NCBI GenBank assembly: GCA_023426425.1
Contig: JAFAAT010000108.1
Span: forward strand, 1-33,220
DNA length: 33,220 bases
Source: Bacteroidota bacterium
Lineage (GTDB): Bacteria; Bacteroidota; Bacteroidia; Chitinophagales; Chitinophagaceae
Reading direction: 5' to 3'
Shown: positions 8,715 to 16,487 of the stretch, one piece after another
Numbering within the stretch: the stretch's first letter is position 1
Layout of the letters: each line of letters opens with the position of its first letter
The notes under the pieces: generated by a model
Databases searched by the model: none
Told to the model about the DNA's origin: nothing
What the model saw: the letters and a program-made list of their open reading frames with translations, nothing else
Made by a program: the position numbers and the translations under genes

Positions 8715-9128
8715 CTAACCGTAATAAGTGAAGCAGGAGTGGAGTTTGTAAAGGGGTATGTCTTCCCAAAGTCCAGGCGGAGCGTTGGATCTGCTTTCCC
8801 TGCATAAGGGCAGACTGGTAAAGCGGATTTCCTGCTGATGGGCATAGTGGGGTAAAATGGCCAGATCAGTAAAGGAAAGCGGAGCTTTTATCTTTACCTG
8901 GTCTGTGTGCTGCTGGTCCTGTGAAATTTTGGAGACTACTACTTTATTCTCACAACAGCTATCACTCTGGTCTTCTTCATCGCTGCAATCACCACCCTCA
9001 CAACCAGCGCCTTTCAGGTAGACATTCCAAGATTCAAGGTTGTCGCCACAATAATGTGCGTGTACCATGACCCCTGATACTGCCAGCAGGTAAAGGATCA
9101 ACACAGGTATGACGAGCAGCTTCTTCAT
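8715..9128 (-). CDS. HYC_CC_PP-motif small secreted/membrane protein
   Basis: The ORF track start at 9143 is TTG; ATG at 9128 gives MKKLLVIPVLILYLLAVSGV. Contains the HAHYCGD, DSCCENK and APPGLW motifs, which I recall as the HYC_CC_PP family that sits upstream of HMA/TonB-receptor genes in Bacteroidota. Confidence 0.65.
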   Translation of the reverse strand: MKKLLVIPVLILYLLAVSGVMVHAHYCGDNLESWNVYLKGAGCEGGDCSDEEDQSDSCCENKVVVSKISQDQQHTDQVKIKAPLSFTDLAILPHYAHQQEIRFTSLPLCRESRSNAPPGLWEDIPLYKLHSCFTYYG

Positions 9129-9289
9129 GAGAATGTACGGCAAAAATACGAGTATTCGTCTTAACAGTTCGTTATATGATAACAGGAACCTTTTACATTA
9201 TTTTGTTCAAGGGACCCGTTGAGACGTAGCACGCTACGTCAGACGCTACCATGAACTCAATTGAACAAGCTAAAACATAGATTTGTACC

Positions 9290-9691
9290 ATGTTACAACT
9301 TTTTCCTCCCGGAGCCACCAGGGAATATCGTCATACAGTGACTGATGCTGATACCGCGGTATTCGAAAGCGGCCAGGTTCATGCGGTGTATTCCACATTT
9401 GCGCTGGCAAGGGATGCAGAATGGAGCGGACGTCTCTTTGTACTGGAAATGAAGGAGGATGGTGAAGAAGGTATTGGTACAGGCATCCACATCAGGCACC
9501 TTGCACCAGCACTGGTTGGGGAGGAGGTGGTCTTTATTGCCACACTCGCTTCCGTCGAAAAGAATGAGGTGATGACAGATTTTAAGGCTATGGTCGGAAG
9601 CCGAGTTGTCGCTACGGGTACGCAATGGCAAAAAATAGTCAGAAAGGACAAGCTCGACCGTCTGTTTGAAAGTCTTCGTGCAGGTTCCTGA
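9290..9691 (+). CDS. hotdog-fold thioesterase family protein (FlK-like)
   Basis: 133 aa. The pattern GATREYRHTVTDADTA...VYSTFALARDAEW...GTGIHIRHLAPALVGEEV...G resembles small acyl-CoA thioesterases of the fluoroacetyl-CoA-thioesterase-like hotdog group. Confidence 0.65.
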   Translation: MLQLFPPGATREYRHTVTDADTAVFESGQVHAVYSTFALARDAEWSGRLFVLEMKEDGEEGIGTGIHIRHLAPALVGEEVVFIATLASVEKNEVMTDFKAMVGSRVVATGTQWQKIVRKDKLDRLFESLRAGS

Positions 9692-9757
9692 ACGTGAGCG
9701 GATATGCTGCCATTCGTCCATCTCCCGGGTTGAGGTTTGTCCTTCAGCTTGCAGCTT

Positions 9758-11041
9758 TTATCGCTGCTTTCTGAATCTATCGTAAAACTCCCGCTCCAGA
9801 TTCTCGCGATGGTCAGGATGGGCAATGCTGATGAGCTTTTTAGCCCTTTGCTCCAGGTTTTGGCCATAAAGGTTTACCACACCATACTCGGTAACCACAT
9901 AGTGCACGTGCCCCCTGGTAGTCACTACACCCGCGCCTGGTTTCAATGAGGCCACAATCCTCGACATGCCCTTGCTGGTGACAGAGGGTAGGGCAATAAT
10001 TGGTTTGCCACCTTCCGAAAGTGAGGCTCCGCGCATAAAGTCCATCTGTCCTCCTATGCCTGAGTACTGGTAGGTGCCAATCGAGTCTGCACATACCTGA
10101 CCCGTTATGTCTACTTCCAATGCGCTGTTTATCGCCACTACCTTTGGATTCTGCCGGATGATGGATGTGTCATTCACAAATGCCACATCCATAAATGTGA
10201 CATTAGGATTGTCGTCAACAAAATCGTAAACCTTCCTCGTACCCACAGTAAACGTAGTTGCCAGCTTACCTCTCCTGATCTTTTTATGCTCATTGGTAAT
10301 AATTCCTTTTTCCACCAGTGGAACAACCCCATCGGAAAACATCTCTGTATGGACTCCCAGGCCTTTGTGGTTGTGCAGTGATTGCAACACGGCATCAGGA
10401 ATGGCACCTATACCCATTTGAAGGGTGGCGCCGTCTTCTATGAGTTCAGCTACAAACTTTCCGATCCTGGAGGCTGTAGCGTCAATCTTCGCTCCATAGT
10501 TCACTTCCGGCAAGGGAGATTCCTCCCATACCAACGCTGCAAACTTTGAGACATGAACCTGACCGTCACCATGGGTGCGGGGCATTAATGGATTTACCTG
10601 GGCGATCAGTCTTTTAGCGGTCCTTGCTGCACTTAACGCAGCGTCAATAGAGGTTCCCAACGTGCAATAGCCATGTTTGTCTGGTGGCGAGACCTGGAGC
10701 AGAGCTACGTCCAATGGTAAAATGCCCTGTGAAAACAGCCTCGGGATTTCACTCAGAAACACAGGTACATAGCCACCAGCTGCAGAATTTGCCCAGTCGC
10801 GTACATTGGCAGATACAAACAGCGAGTTCAGATAAAAGCTTTTCTGCACTTCAGGTGAGTTCCAGTCCATATCACCCAGTGTGCTGATGGCAACCAATTC
10901 TACGTCAGTGATAGTTCCTGCTCTTCTGAACAATGCTTCTACCAGTGGCTTGGGAGTGGCGGCGCTTCCATGAATAAACACCCGGTTGCCACTACTGACT
11001 AATTCAACTGCTTCATCTGCGGAAATGTACTTTGTCTCCAT
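9758..11041 (-). CDS. acetyl-CoA hydrolase/transferase family protein (4-hydroxybutyrate/succinyl-CoA:acetate CoA-transferase-like)
   Basis: 427 aa. The N-terminal and C-terminal halves carry motifs typical of the family (GSAATPKPL, LQMGIGAIPDAV, HTEMFSDG, GGQMDFMRGA). Confidence 0.9.
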   Translation of the reverse strand: METKYISADEAVELVSSGNRVFIHGSAATPKPLVEALFRRAGTITDVELVAISTLGDMDWNSPEVQKSFYLNSLFVSANVRDWANSAAGGYVPVFLSEIPRLFSQGILPLDVALLQVSPPDKHGYCTLGTSIDAALSAARTAKRLIAQVNPLMPRTHGDGQVHVSKFAALVWEESPLPEVNYGAKIDATASRIGKFVAELIEDGATLQMGIGAIPDAVLQSLHNHKGLGVHTEMFSDGVVPLVEKGIITNEHKKIRRGKLATTFTVGTRKVYDFVDDNPNVTFMDVAFVNDTSIIRQNPKVVAINSALEVDITGQVCADSIGTYQYSGIGGQMDFMRGASLSEGGKPIIALPSVTSKGMSRIVASLKPGAGVVTTRGHVHYVVTEYGVVNLYGQNLEQRAKKLISIAHPDHRENLEREFYDRFRKQR

Positions 11042-11048
11042 TGACTTA

Positions 11049-12290
11049 TTAATTTTTTGCTTTCGATTTCCTGAGGTCTCTTATAAACTCTTCCAGGTGT
11101 TCCAGCTCCACATGGTCCATAATGACAATTTTATACCAACCTGGTTTTCCGGTGTGGCTGTCGGGGACAAGTCCGTACTTCAAAGCTATGGATTCTTCAA
11201 TGTCAGTGGCTCGCAACGTAATGATGTTCATGTTCTCCCGGTTGTAATATCTCACTCCGAGCCTGTCGAGGCGCTCACAACACCATCTCGTACGATAGAT
11301 CAGCTTGTTGATCTTCTCCAGCCAGCCATAGGGTCCATAAGTGAATAATATCATCCACACAGCAATGGCATTCGCACCGGAGCGGCTACCACTCAGCGTA
11401 ATGTCCATTCCCTGAACATACTGTGCCTCTTTTGTAAAGACATATTGCATCAATCCTTTTCTTACCAGGAAAATGCCTGTGCCATAGGGCGCCTGGAGCA
11501 TTTTGTGTGCATCCAGTGCCACGGAAGATACATGCTGGTTAGCAAAGTCTGCCTTACTGGTCTTGTCTTCAGGTCTGATGATGAACCCTCCAAAGGCGCC
11601 ATCGACGTGAATTTTAAATGGCAAACCCAGCCTGATCATGACTTCGGCATACGCGTCCGGATCATCTACACTTCCAAACATGGTGGTGCCTTTGTTGACG
11701 ATGATGATAAAGTACCTGACACCAGATGCTACAGCGTCAGTGATTTTTTCTTCCAAGGCACCGGTGTCAATTGCTCTTGTAGTAAAGTCGACAGGGATCT
11801 TATAACACCTGAGGTTAAGCAGGTTGGCAGCTTTTTCAATTGAATAGTGTGTGTCACTACTGCCAATCAGGGCAATCTGTTCATGTGTAGCACCGTGTTC
11901 CTGTATATAGAAGTTGCGATAGATCCATGCGGCCTGGATGTTAGCTTCTGTTCCTCCAGACGCTACATAGCCATCGCAGGAATAAGGTGTTGCTTTCAGC
12001 AAGTCCACACTCAGCAGTTCTATCACGTGTTTTTCGAGCTCCTGCGTTCCTCTGAAAAACTGTTCAGAGTCTCCCAGAGTATGGCAGCCTATGTGGTTGG
12101 GGTTTTGGACATAGGTCCTTAAAAGCGGCGCATCTTTAAGAAAAGAAGCATGTTCATAGAAAACATTGGGGTCCAGTTTAGAGGCGGGTATGCCCAGGCT
12201 TATACGTGCTGTGTAATCTATATTGCCCTGCAAAGCCTGGGTTATTAGTTTGTCCTGCTCCTGAAGGGAGATTTTTTTCCAGTATTTCAT
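11049..12290 (-). CDS. group II PLP-dependent decarboxylase-like enzyme
   Basis: 413 aa. Motifs SGGTEANI, HVDGAFGGF and the PLP-lysine motif LDAHKMLQAPYGTG. Stop lies 7 nt from the downstream CoA-transferase start, so the two are in one operon. Confidence 0.85.
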   Translation of the reverse strand: MKYWKKISLQEQDKLITQALQGNIDYTARISLGIPASKLDPNVFYEHASFLKDAPLLRTYVQNPNHIGCHTLGDSEQFFRGTQELEKHVIELLSVDLLKATPYSCDGYVASGGTEANIQAAWIYRNFYIQEHGATHEQIALIGSSDTHYSIEKAANLLNLRCYKIPVDFTTRAIDTGALEEKITDAVASGVRYFIIIVNKGTTMFGSVDDPDAYAEVMIRLGLPFKIHVDGAFGGFIIRPEDKTSKADFANQHVSSVALDAHKMLQAPYGTGIFLVRKGLMQYVFTKEAQYVQGMDITLSGSRSGANAIAVWMILFTYGPYGWLEKINKLIYRTRWCCERLDRLGVRYYNRENMNIITLRATDIEESIALKYGLVPDSHTGKPGWYKIVIMDHVELEHLEEFIRDLRKSKAKN

Positions 12291-12388
12291 TGTATAAAAG
12301 TGATTGCAAAACTAATGTGCCCACCATATTGCACTAATGATAAACGTCAGTGCAATCGTCGTTTTTATGTTGATTCTTCCTTCAGGCA

Positions 12389-12402
12389 ATGACAGAAGTC
12401 AT
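12389..12402. promoter_or_regulatory. TGAC-N4-GTCA palindrome (atgacagaagtcat)
   Basis: Perfect palindrome in the divergent spacer. It lies 98 nt from the decarboxylase ATG and 115 nt from the fasciclin ATG. Confidence 0.5.
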
Positions 12403-12517
12403 TCTGAAAATCTGTTTCAATAGCGGGATTTTTCGAACTCCTGAAGTGAATATATGAGCAATATCATTTTATTCAGGTATGCACCGATATAGCTTTATCT
12501 AACTAAACTTACAAAAT

Positions 12518-13078
12518 ATGAAACAGCATGTTCTGGAAATGATCGCCTTTGCCACATTCACCATGTTTTCCGTTAGCTGTGCTGATAGCACACCAGACAG
12601 CACCCCCTCAGTATCTGAACCCACCACCGCCCTAACCGGACAATCCGGTGTGCAGGATGATGTATCACAGAAGAATGTTGTGCAGGTAGCAGTAGCCAGC
12701 AAAGATCATTCTACTCTGGTGAAGGCAGTTCAACAGGCTGAACTGGTTGATGCGCTGAGCAATGCGGGACCCTTTACTGTTTTTGCTCCGGTGAATGAAG
12801 CTTTTGATAAGCTACCCGGTGGTACAATGGAAGACCTTATGAAGCCTGAAAATAAGGACAAGCTGGCCGACATACTTCAGTATCACGTGTCGGTGGGTGT
12901 GTTTAGGGAAGAAATGCTACAGGATGGACAGAAGATTGGTCAGGTGAATGGCAGCAACATTACCGTCACGAAGAACGGTGCCGACCTGTTTATCAATAAT
13001 TCAGCAAAGGTTATTGCCTCTGTCGTCGCTTCAAATGGTATTGTGTACGTAATTGATGGAGTCCTGTTGCCTGAATAA
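12518..13078 (+). CDS. fasciclin (FAS1) domain protein, secreted
   Basis: 186 aa with a signal peptide. FAS1 signatures HSTLVKAV, GPFTVFAPVNEAF and NGIVYVIDGVLLP. Confidence 0.9.
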   Translation: MKQHVLEMIAFATFTMFSVSCADSTPDSTPSVSEPTTALTGQSGVQDDVSQKNVVQVAVASKDHSTLVKAVQQAELVDALSNAGPFTVFAPVNEAFDKLPGGTMEDLMKPENKDKLADILQYHVSVGVFREEMLQDGQKIGQVNGSNITVTKNGADLFINNSAKVIASVVASNGIVYVIDGVLLPE

Positions 13079-13096
13079 AAATATCTAACCTGTTTT

Positions 13097-13130
13097 AAAC
13101 ACGAAAGCTCCCCGGGAGCTTTCGTGTTTT
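13097..13130. terminator. bidirectional terminator hairpin
   Basis: aaacacgaaagctccc/gggagctttcgtgttt: perfect 16-bp inverted repeat around a 2-nt centre, followed by tt and preceded by tttt, which reads aaaa on the minus strand, so the minus-strand U-run comes only from the aaa inside the stem arm. Sits between the convergent fasciclin and crp/fnr genes and overlaps the stop of the latter. Confidence 0.7.
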
Positions 13131-13857
13131 ACAGGAACGACTGAGGCTGATACAGATTAGCTGTCCGTTTAAGTTTGTTCTGATCAATAATTCTGATTTT
13201 CTTTCCTACGAACCCAATAATTTCCTCGCTCTTAAAGTCCGAAAGCAATCTAATAGTCGTCTCCGTGGCAGTACCTACCAGGTCTGCGATTTCTTCCCTT
13301 GTCAGTAACACATTGATTGTATCGCTGTTTTCTTCAAACCCGTACGTCTCTTTGAGAAACAATAAGCCACGTGCCAGTCTTTCACGTACCGGTCTTTGTG
13401 CAAGCTCTGTTAGATGGTTTTCAGCTTGTTTCAGATCATTAGTCAAAAGCTGAATGATGCCCATTGCCAGCTTCATATTGGAGCTGAGAACTTCAAAAAA
13501 TACATCCTTTGGTATGAAAACAAGGTTGCTGTCTTCTATAGCCACCGCACTAGCGTTATACTTTTCGTGACAAAATAGCGCACGATACCCGAGAAGGTCT
13601 CCAGCTTTGGCCATTCTAAGGATTTGCATCTTCCCGTCGTCCCCGCTGTGTTCGACTTTCACTTTGCCTTTATCAATCCCGTAAATGCCGAGAGGATAGC
13701 TTCCTTCATTGAACACTGGTTGTCCCTTCGGGAAGAACAGGCAGTCTTTTCTTTGATTAAATAGTTCCATCTGTTGGTCTGAAAGACAGGAGAATAAGGA
13801 TTGGTGGGTAAGGTCGCAATCTCCGAAGACCCGGTATGGCGCGTGTTTATGTTTCAT
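13129..13857 (-). CDS. Crp/Fnr family transcriptional regulator
   Basis: 242 aa. cNMP-binding-like beta-roll (FFPKGQPVFNEGSYPLGIYGIDKGKVKV...GDLLGYRALF). C-terminal HTH LTREEIADLVGTATETTIRLLSDFKSEEII. Only two N-terminal Cys (GDCDL, FSCL), so it does not carry the classical four-Cys FNR cluster signature. Confidence 0.9.
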   Translation of the reverse strand: MKHKHAPYRVFGDCDLTHQSLFSCLSDQQMELFNQRKDCLFFPKGQPVFNEGSYPLGIYGIDKGKVKVEHSGDDGKMQILRMAKAGDLLGYRALFCHEKYNASAVAIEDSNLVFIPKDVFFEVLSSNMKLAMGIIQLLTNDLKQAENHLTELAQRPVRERLARGLLFLKETYGFEENSDTINVLLTREEIADLVGTATETTIRLLSDFKSEEIIGFVGKKIRIIDQNKLKRTANLYQPQSFL

Positions 13858-13919
13858 AAACGCTGTTTCTTATAAACGCAAAATTACCTGCATCGTGGCT
13901 GCGCACTACGTTAACCCTC

Positions 13920-13933
13920 CTGACACTAGTCAG
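13920..13933. promoter_or_regulatory. TGAC-N4-GTCA palindrome (ctgacactagtcag)
   Basis: Perfect palindrome 62 nt upstream of the crp/fnr ATG. Its centre is 22 bp from the next box. Confidence 0.5.
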
Positions 13934-13941
13934 CTTGATCC

Positions 13942-13955
13942 ATGACATCGGTCAT
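13942..13955. promoter_or_regulatory. TGAC-N4-GTCA palindrome (atgacatcggtcat)
   Basis: Perfect palindrome 47 nt upstream of the TTG start of the cytochrome c/HCO-like operon. Confidence 0.55.
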
Positions 13956-14002
13956 ATTTCAAAGCATGTTCCTGCTGTTTCTTTGGCTTCCAATGATCTC
14001 AT

Positions 14003-14392
14003 TTGAGAAGTGTACTTACCATATTGTCTGTTGTGTTCCTCTGCTATTCGCTGATTGTTTACAAATACAGTGATCCCAGGCAGGGTAGCCTTCGGCCTGG
14101 TGAACAAGTGCTCGCAGGCTGGGACACCTGGCAGCAGAAGAATTGTCAGAGTTGTCACCAGATATACGGCCTGGGTGGTTATGCCGGTCCGGATCTCACT
14201 AATACAGTCCGTCAGCGTTCGCCGGAGTATTTAAAGGCGATAATCAAATCCGGAACAGCAGCCATGCCGGACTTCAGGTTAAGCCCAAAACAGGTTGATG
14301 AACTTGTTGCTTTTCTTGATTGGGTTGATAAAACGGGTGCTTCAAAAGTGCCAGATTCTCTGGTACACTGGACAGGTAGCTATAGACAATGA
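14003..14392 (+). CDS. membrane-anchored mono-haem c-type cytochrome (NorC-position subunit)
   Basis: 129 aa. An in-frame stop at 13994 leaves TTG 14003 as the only start. N-terminal TM helix, single CQSCH haem site followed by GLGGYAGPDLT, and a candidate Met ligand in GTAAMPDF. Stop overlaps the next ATG (ATGA). Confidence 0.8.
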   Translation: MRSVLTILSVVFLCYSLIVYKYSDPRQGSLRPGEQVLAGWDTWQQKNCQSCHQIYGLGGYAGPDLTNTVRQRSPEYLKAIIKSGTAAMPDFRLSPKQVDELVAFLDWVDKTGASKVPDSLVHWTGSYRQ

Positions 14393-15777
14393 ATATGAGC
14401 AAAAGCCTGAAGATATTAACTGGTTTCAGTCTGCTCTTGCTGGCAGCAGCTCTCTTCTTTGGAATGATCAGTGGCTTTGCATTTCTATATCCGGGCAGCT
14501 TTAATGAATACCTCCCTTTTTACCAGCTACGTCCCATGCACGTTTCTGCTGCGTTATTCTGGATTATCTCCGGGGCAACAACAGGTATTCTTTTTTACAA
14601 GCAGCAGGTATTCGGAGCAAAGGAAAACTTTTTGGACAGAACCTTTGTTCTCCTCTGGCTGAGCTCCATTATTGCTGTGTTTGTGTTTTATGCCTTCAAA
14701 CAATTCGGAGGAAGGGAATACTGGGAGTTTCCTCCTTTTTTAGGTATTCCGATTTTGCTTGCATGGTTTTGCCTGATAGGCTCCTACTTTAAGGCGTGGA
14801 GACGGAGACCTGCGCCCACTCCTTTGTATATCTGGATGTGGAGTACCGGAATTATCTTCTTTCTGATCACCTTTCTAGAGCAAAACCTCTATCAGATACC
14901 GTGGTTCAGGGAGTCTTTTCTTCGGGAGCTGACTGTCCAATGGAAGTCTAATGGAGCTATGGTCGGTGCCTGGAATCAAATGATCTATGGCACTTCGTTG
15001 TTTATAGCTGTGAAGTTGTCAGGAGACACAAAAGCTGGGAATAGCAACAAAGCCTTTTTCTTTTACTTCCTGGGGCTTACTAACCTTATGTTCAATTGGG
15101 GTCATCATATTTATAATCTTCCAACCAGCTCATGGATACGCCATATTTCTTATGCCATCAGTATGACTGAATGGATACTGTTCATCAGCATACTCCGCGA
15201 CTTCAGGAAGAAAACTTCGCAACAAAGGCACAGCGGGCGAATTAGCTATAGATTTCTGATAGTTGCGGAGTACTGGGTTTTTGCGAATCTCTGCCTGGCC
15301 CTGATGATGAGTATTCCAGCAATAAACCGTTATACACACGGCACGCATATCACTGTAGCTCATGCCATGGGGGCAACAATAGGAATCAATTCAATGATAC
15401 TGCTTGCTTCCCTGGCAACAATGCTGAAGGTTGACAGGCTTGCTTTAAGGCGCAGACAGAATATCAGGTTCGCCTTCAGGATTTTTCAGTTTGCATTTGT
15501 TGTCTTCTGGCTAGCACTGATTGTTGCTGGTGTTCTTAAAGGATACAGGGAAGTAGCGCTGGGGATTGCCGATTTCCAGATCGTCATGAAACCCATTTGG
15601 CCGGTATTGCTGGTTTTTGTCCTTGCAGGAGTGGTCATGTTTGTCAGTATGGTCTCCATTGTCTTTCAGTTTATCTCAGCACTGCGACTGCCTCCTTTGT
15701 CTGCTACAGCAGGCCTACCTGTCGCCACCACAACTCAGATACCAGCGAGTGCAGAAAAGCCAAAACAACTTATATGA
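14389..15777 (+). CDS. haem-copper oxidase superfamily subunit I-like protein (cNOR/cbb3-like, atypical ligand set)
   Basis: 462 aa with about 12 TM helices. Motifs LRPMH51 (helix-II-like), NWGH239H240IY (helix-VII-like HH) and THGTHITVAH325AM327GATIG (helix-X-like). There is no His between residues 52 and 238. Confidence 0.8.
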   Translation: MNMSKSLKILTGFSLLLLAAALFFGMISGFAFLYPGSFNEYLPFYQLRPMHVSAALFWIISGATTGILFYKQQVFGAKENFLDRTFVLLWLSSIIAVFVFYAFKQFGGREYWEFPPFLGIPILLAWFCLIGSYFKAWRRRPAPTPLYIWMWSTGIIFFLITFLEQNLYQIPWFRESFLRELTVQWKSNGAMVGAWNQMIYGTSLFIAVKLSGDTKAGNSNKAFFFYFLGLTNLMFNWGHHIYNLPTSSWIRHISYAISMTEWILFISILRDFRKKTSQQRHSGRISYRFLIVAEYWVFANLCLALMMSIPAINRYTHGTHITVAHAMGATIGINSMILLASLATMLKVDRLALRRRQNIRFAFRIFQFAFVVFWLALIVAGVLKGYREVALGIADFQIVMKPIWPVLLVFVLAGVVMFVSMVSIVFQFISALRLPPLSATAGLPVATTTQIPASAEKPKQLI

Positions 15778-16487
15778 GAAATCAGATGCTCTATTTTTTC
15801 GTATTGATACTAACTCTTTCCTCCTGCCAGAAGAAGGATCAGCTGGCATCATCCGGAACTTTAAGCCTGAGTATTCTTCATCACGTAGATGGAAAATCAC
15901 TGAGTTTTGATTCTGTTTTGTTCCTAAATGCTTCAGGAGAGCTCTATAGTGTTACAAGGTTGGAATATTATCTAAGCAGCTTCCGGCTCTACCACAAGGG
16001 TGAAGTCGAATATAGCGCGGACAGCGTTTATTATATCAATGCCCGGGACAGCGCCCTAACAATCGTACTGTCACAGGTGCCCGTCGGACATTATGATTCC
16101 ATGAGCTTCTTCATTGGCCTTAGTCCGGCATTAAACATGCATGGACAACTGCACCCGACGCCTGCTAACGTAGCTATGCAATGGCCGGAAGTAATGGGTG
16201 GTGGTTATCATTTTCTGAAGTTTGAAGGCCATTGGGTAGATGGTGTTGCGCAGTCTGGTTTTGCTATCCACGTGGGTACCGATCCTTTTTTGATCTATGC
16301 CGGTTGTAATAGTGATATGACTATTGCAGATGGCAAGACAACAGCCTCGCTGCGAATGAATGTGAATGAATGGCTGCGGAATCCTCATCAGTTTAGTTTC
16401 AAAACAGATGGAGTATATACTATGGATAGTGGCCCACTTATGGACAAGATCAGGAAGAATGGGGGCGATGTTTTCACTTTAAACTAA
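15774..16487 (+). CDS. MbnP-like lipoprotein
   Basis: Start trimmed to ATG 15774, which forms an ATGA overlap with the upstream stop. Lipoprotein signal LTLSSC. Motif MQWPEVMGGGYHFLKFEGHW resembles the MbnP family, which is paired with a di-haem peroxidase. Confidence 0.7.
   Translation: MRNQMLYFFVLILTLSSCQKKDQLASSGTLSLSILHHVDGKSLSFDSVLFLNASGELYSVTRLEYYLSSFRLYHKGEVEYSADSVYYINARDSALTIVLSQVPVGHYDSMSFFIGLSPALNMHGQLHPTPANVAMQWPEVMGGGYHFLKFEGHWVDGVAQSGFAIHVGTDPFLIYAGCNSDMTIADGKTTASLRMNVNEWLRNPHQFSFKTDGVYTMDSGPLMDKIRKNGGDVFTLN

Noticed and set aside
9293-9867. Antisense ORFs 9293-9721 and 9379-9867 opposite the thioesterase gene and the CoA-transferase 3' end.
   Set aside because: No motifs were found. 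They fully overlap better-supported genes on the other strand or in another frame.
13933-13947. ttgatCCATgacat as a canonical FNR box (TTGAT-N4-ATCAA).
   Set aside because: Only the left half matches. The right half belongs to the perfect atgacatcggtcat palindrome, which explains the sequence better.
15597-15773. N-terminal extensions proposed by the ORF track, at 15597, 21544, 26380, 4706, 3143, 17565, 18059, 20789, 9143, 25073 and 27365.
   Set aside because: The extensions overlap upstream genes in other frames, start at TTG or GTG, or precede obvious signal peptides or family N-termini. Internal ATGs that create ATGA-type coupling or proper signal peptides were preferred.
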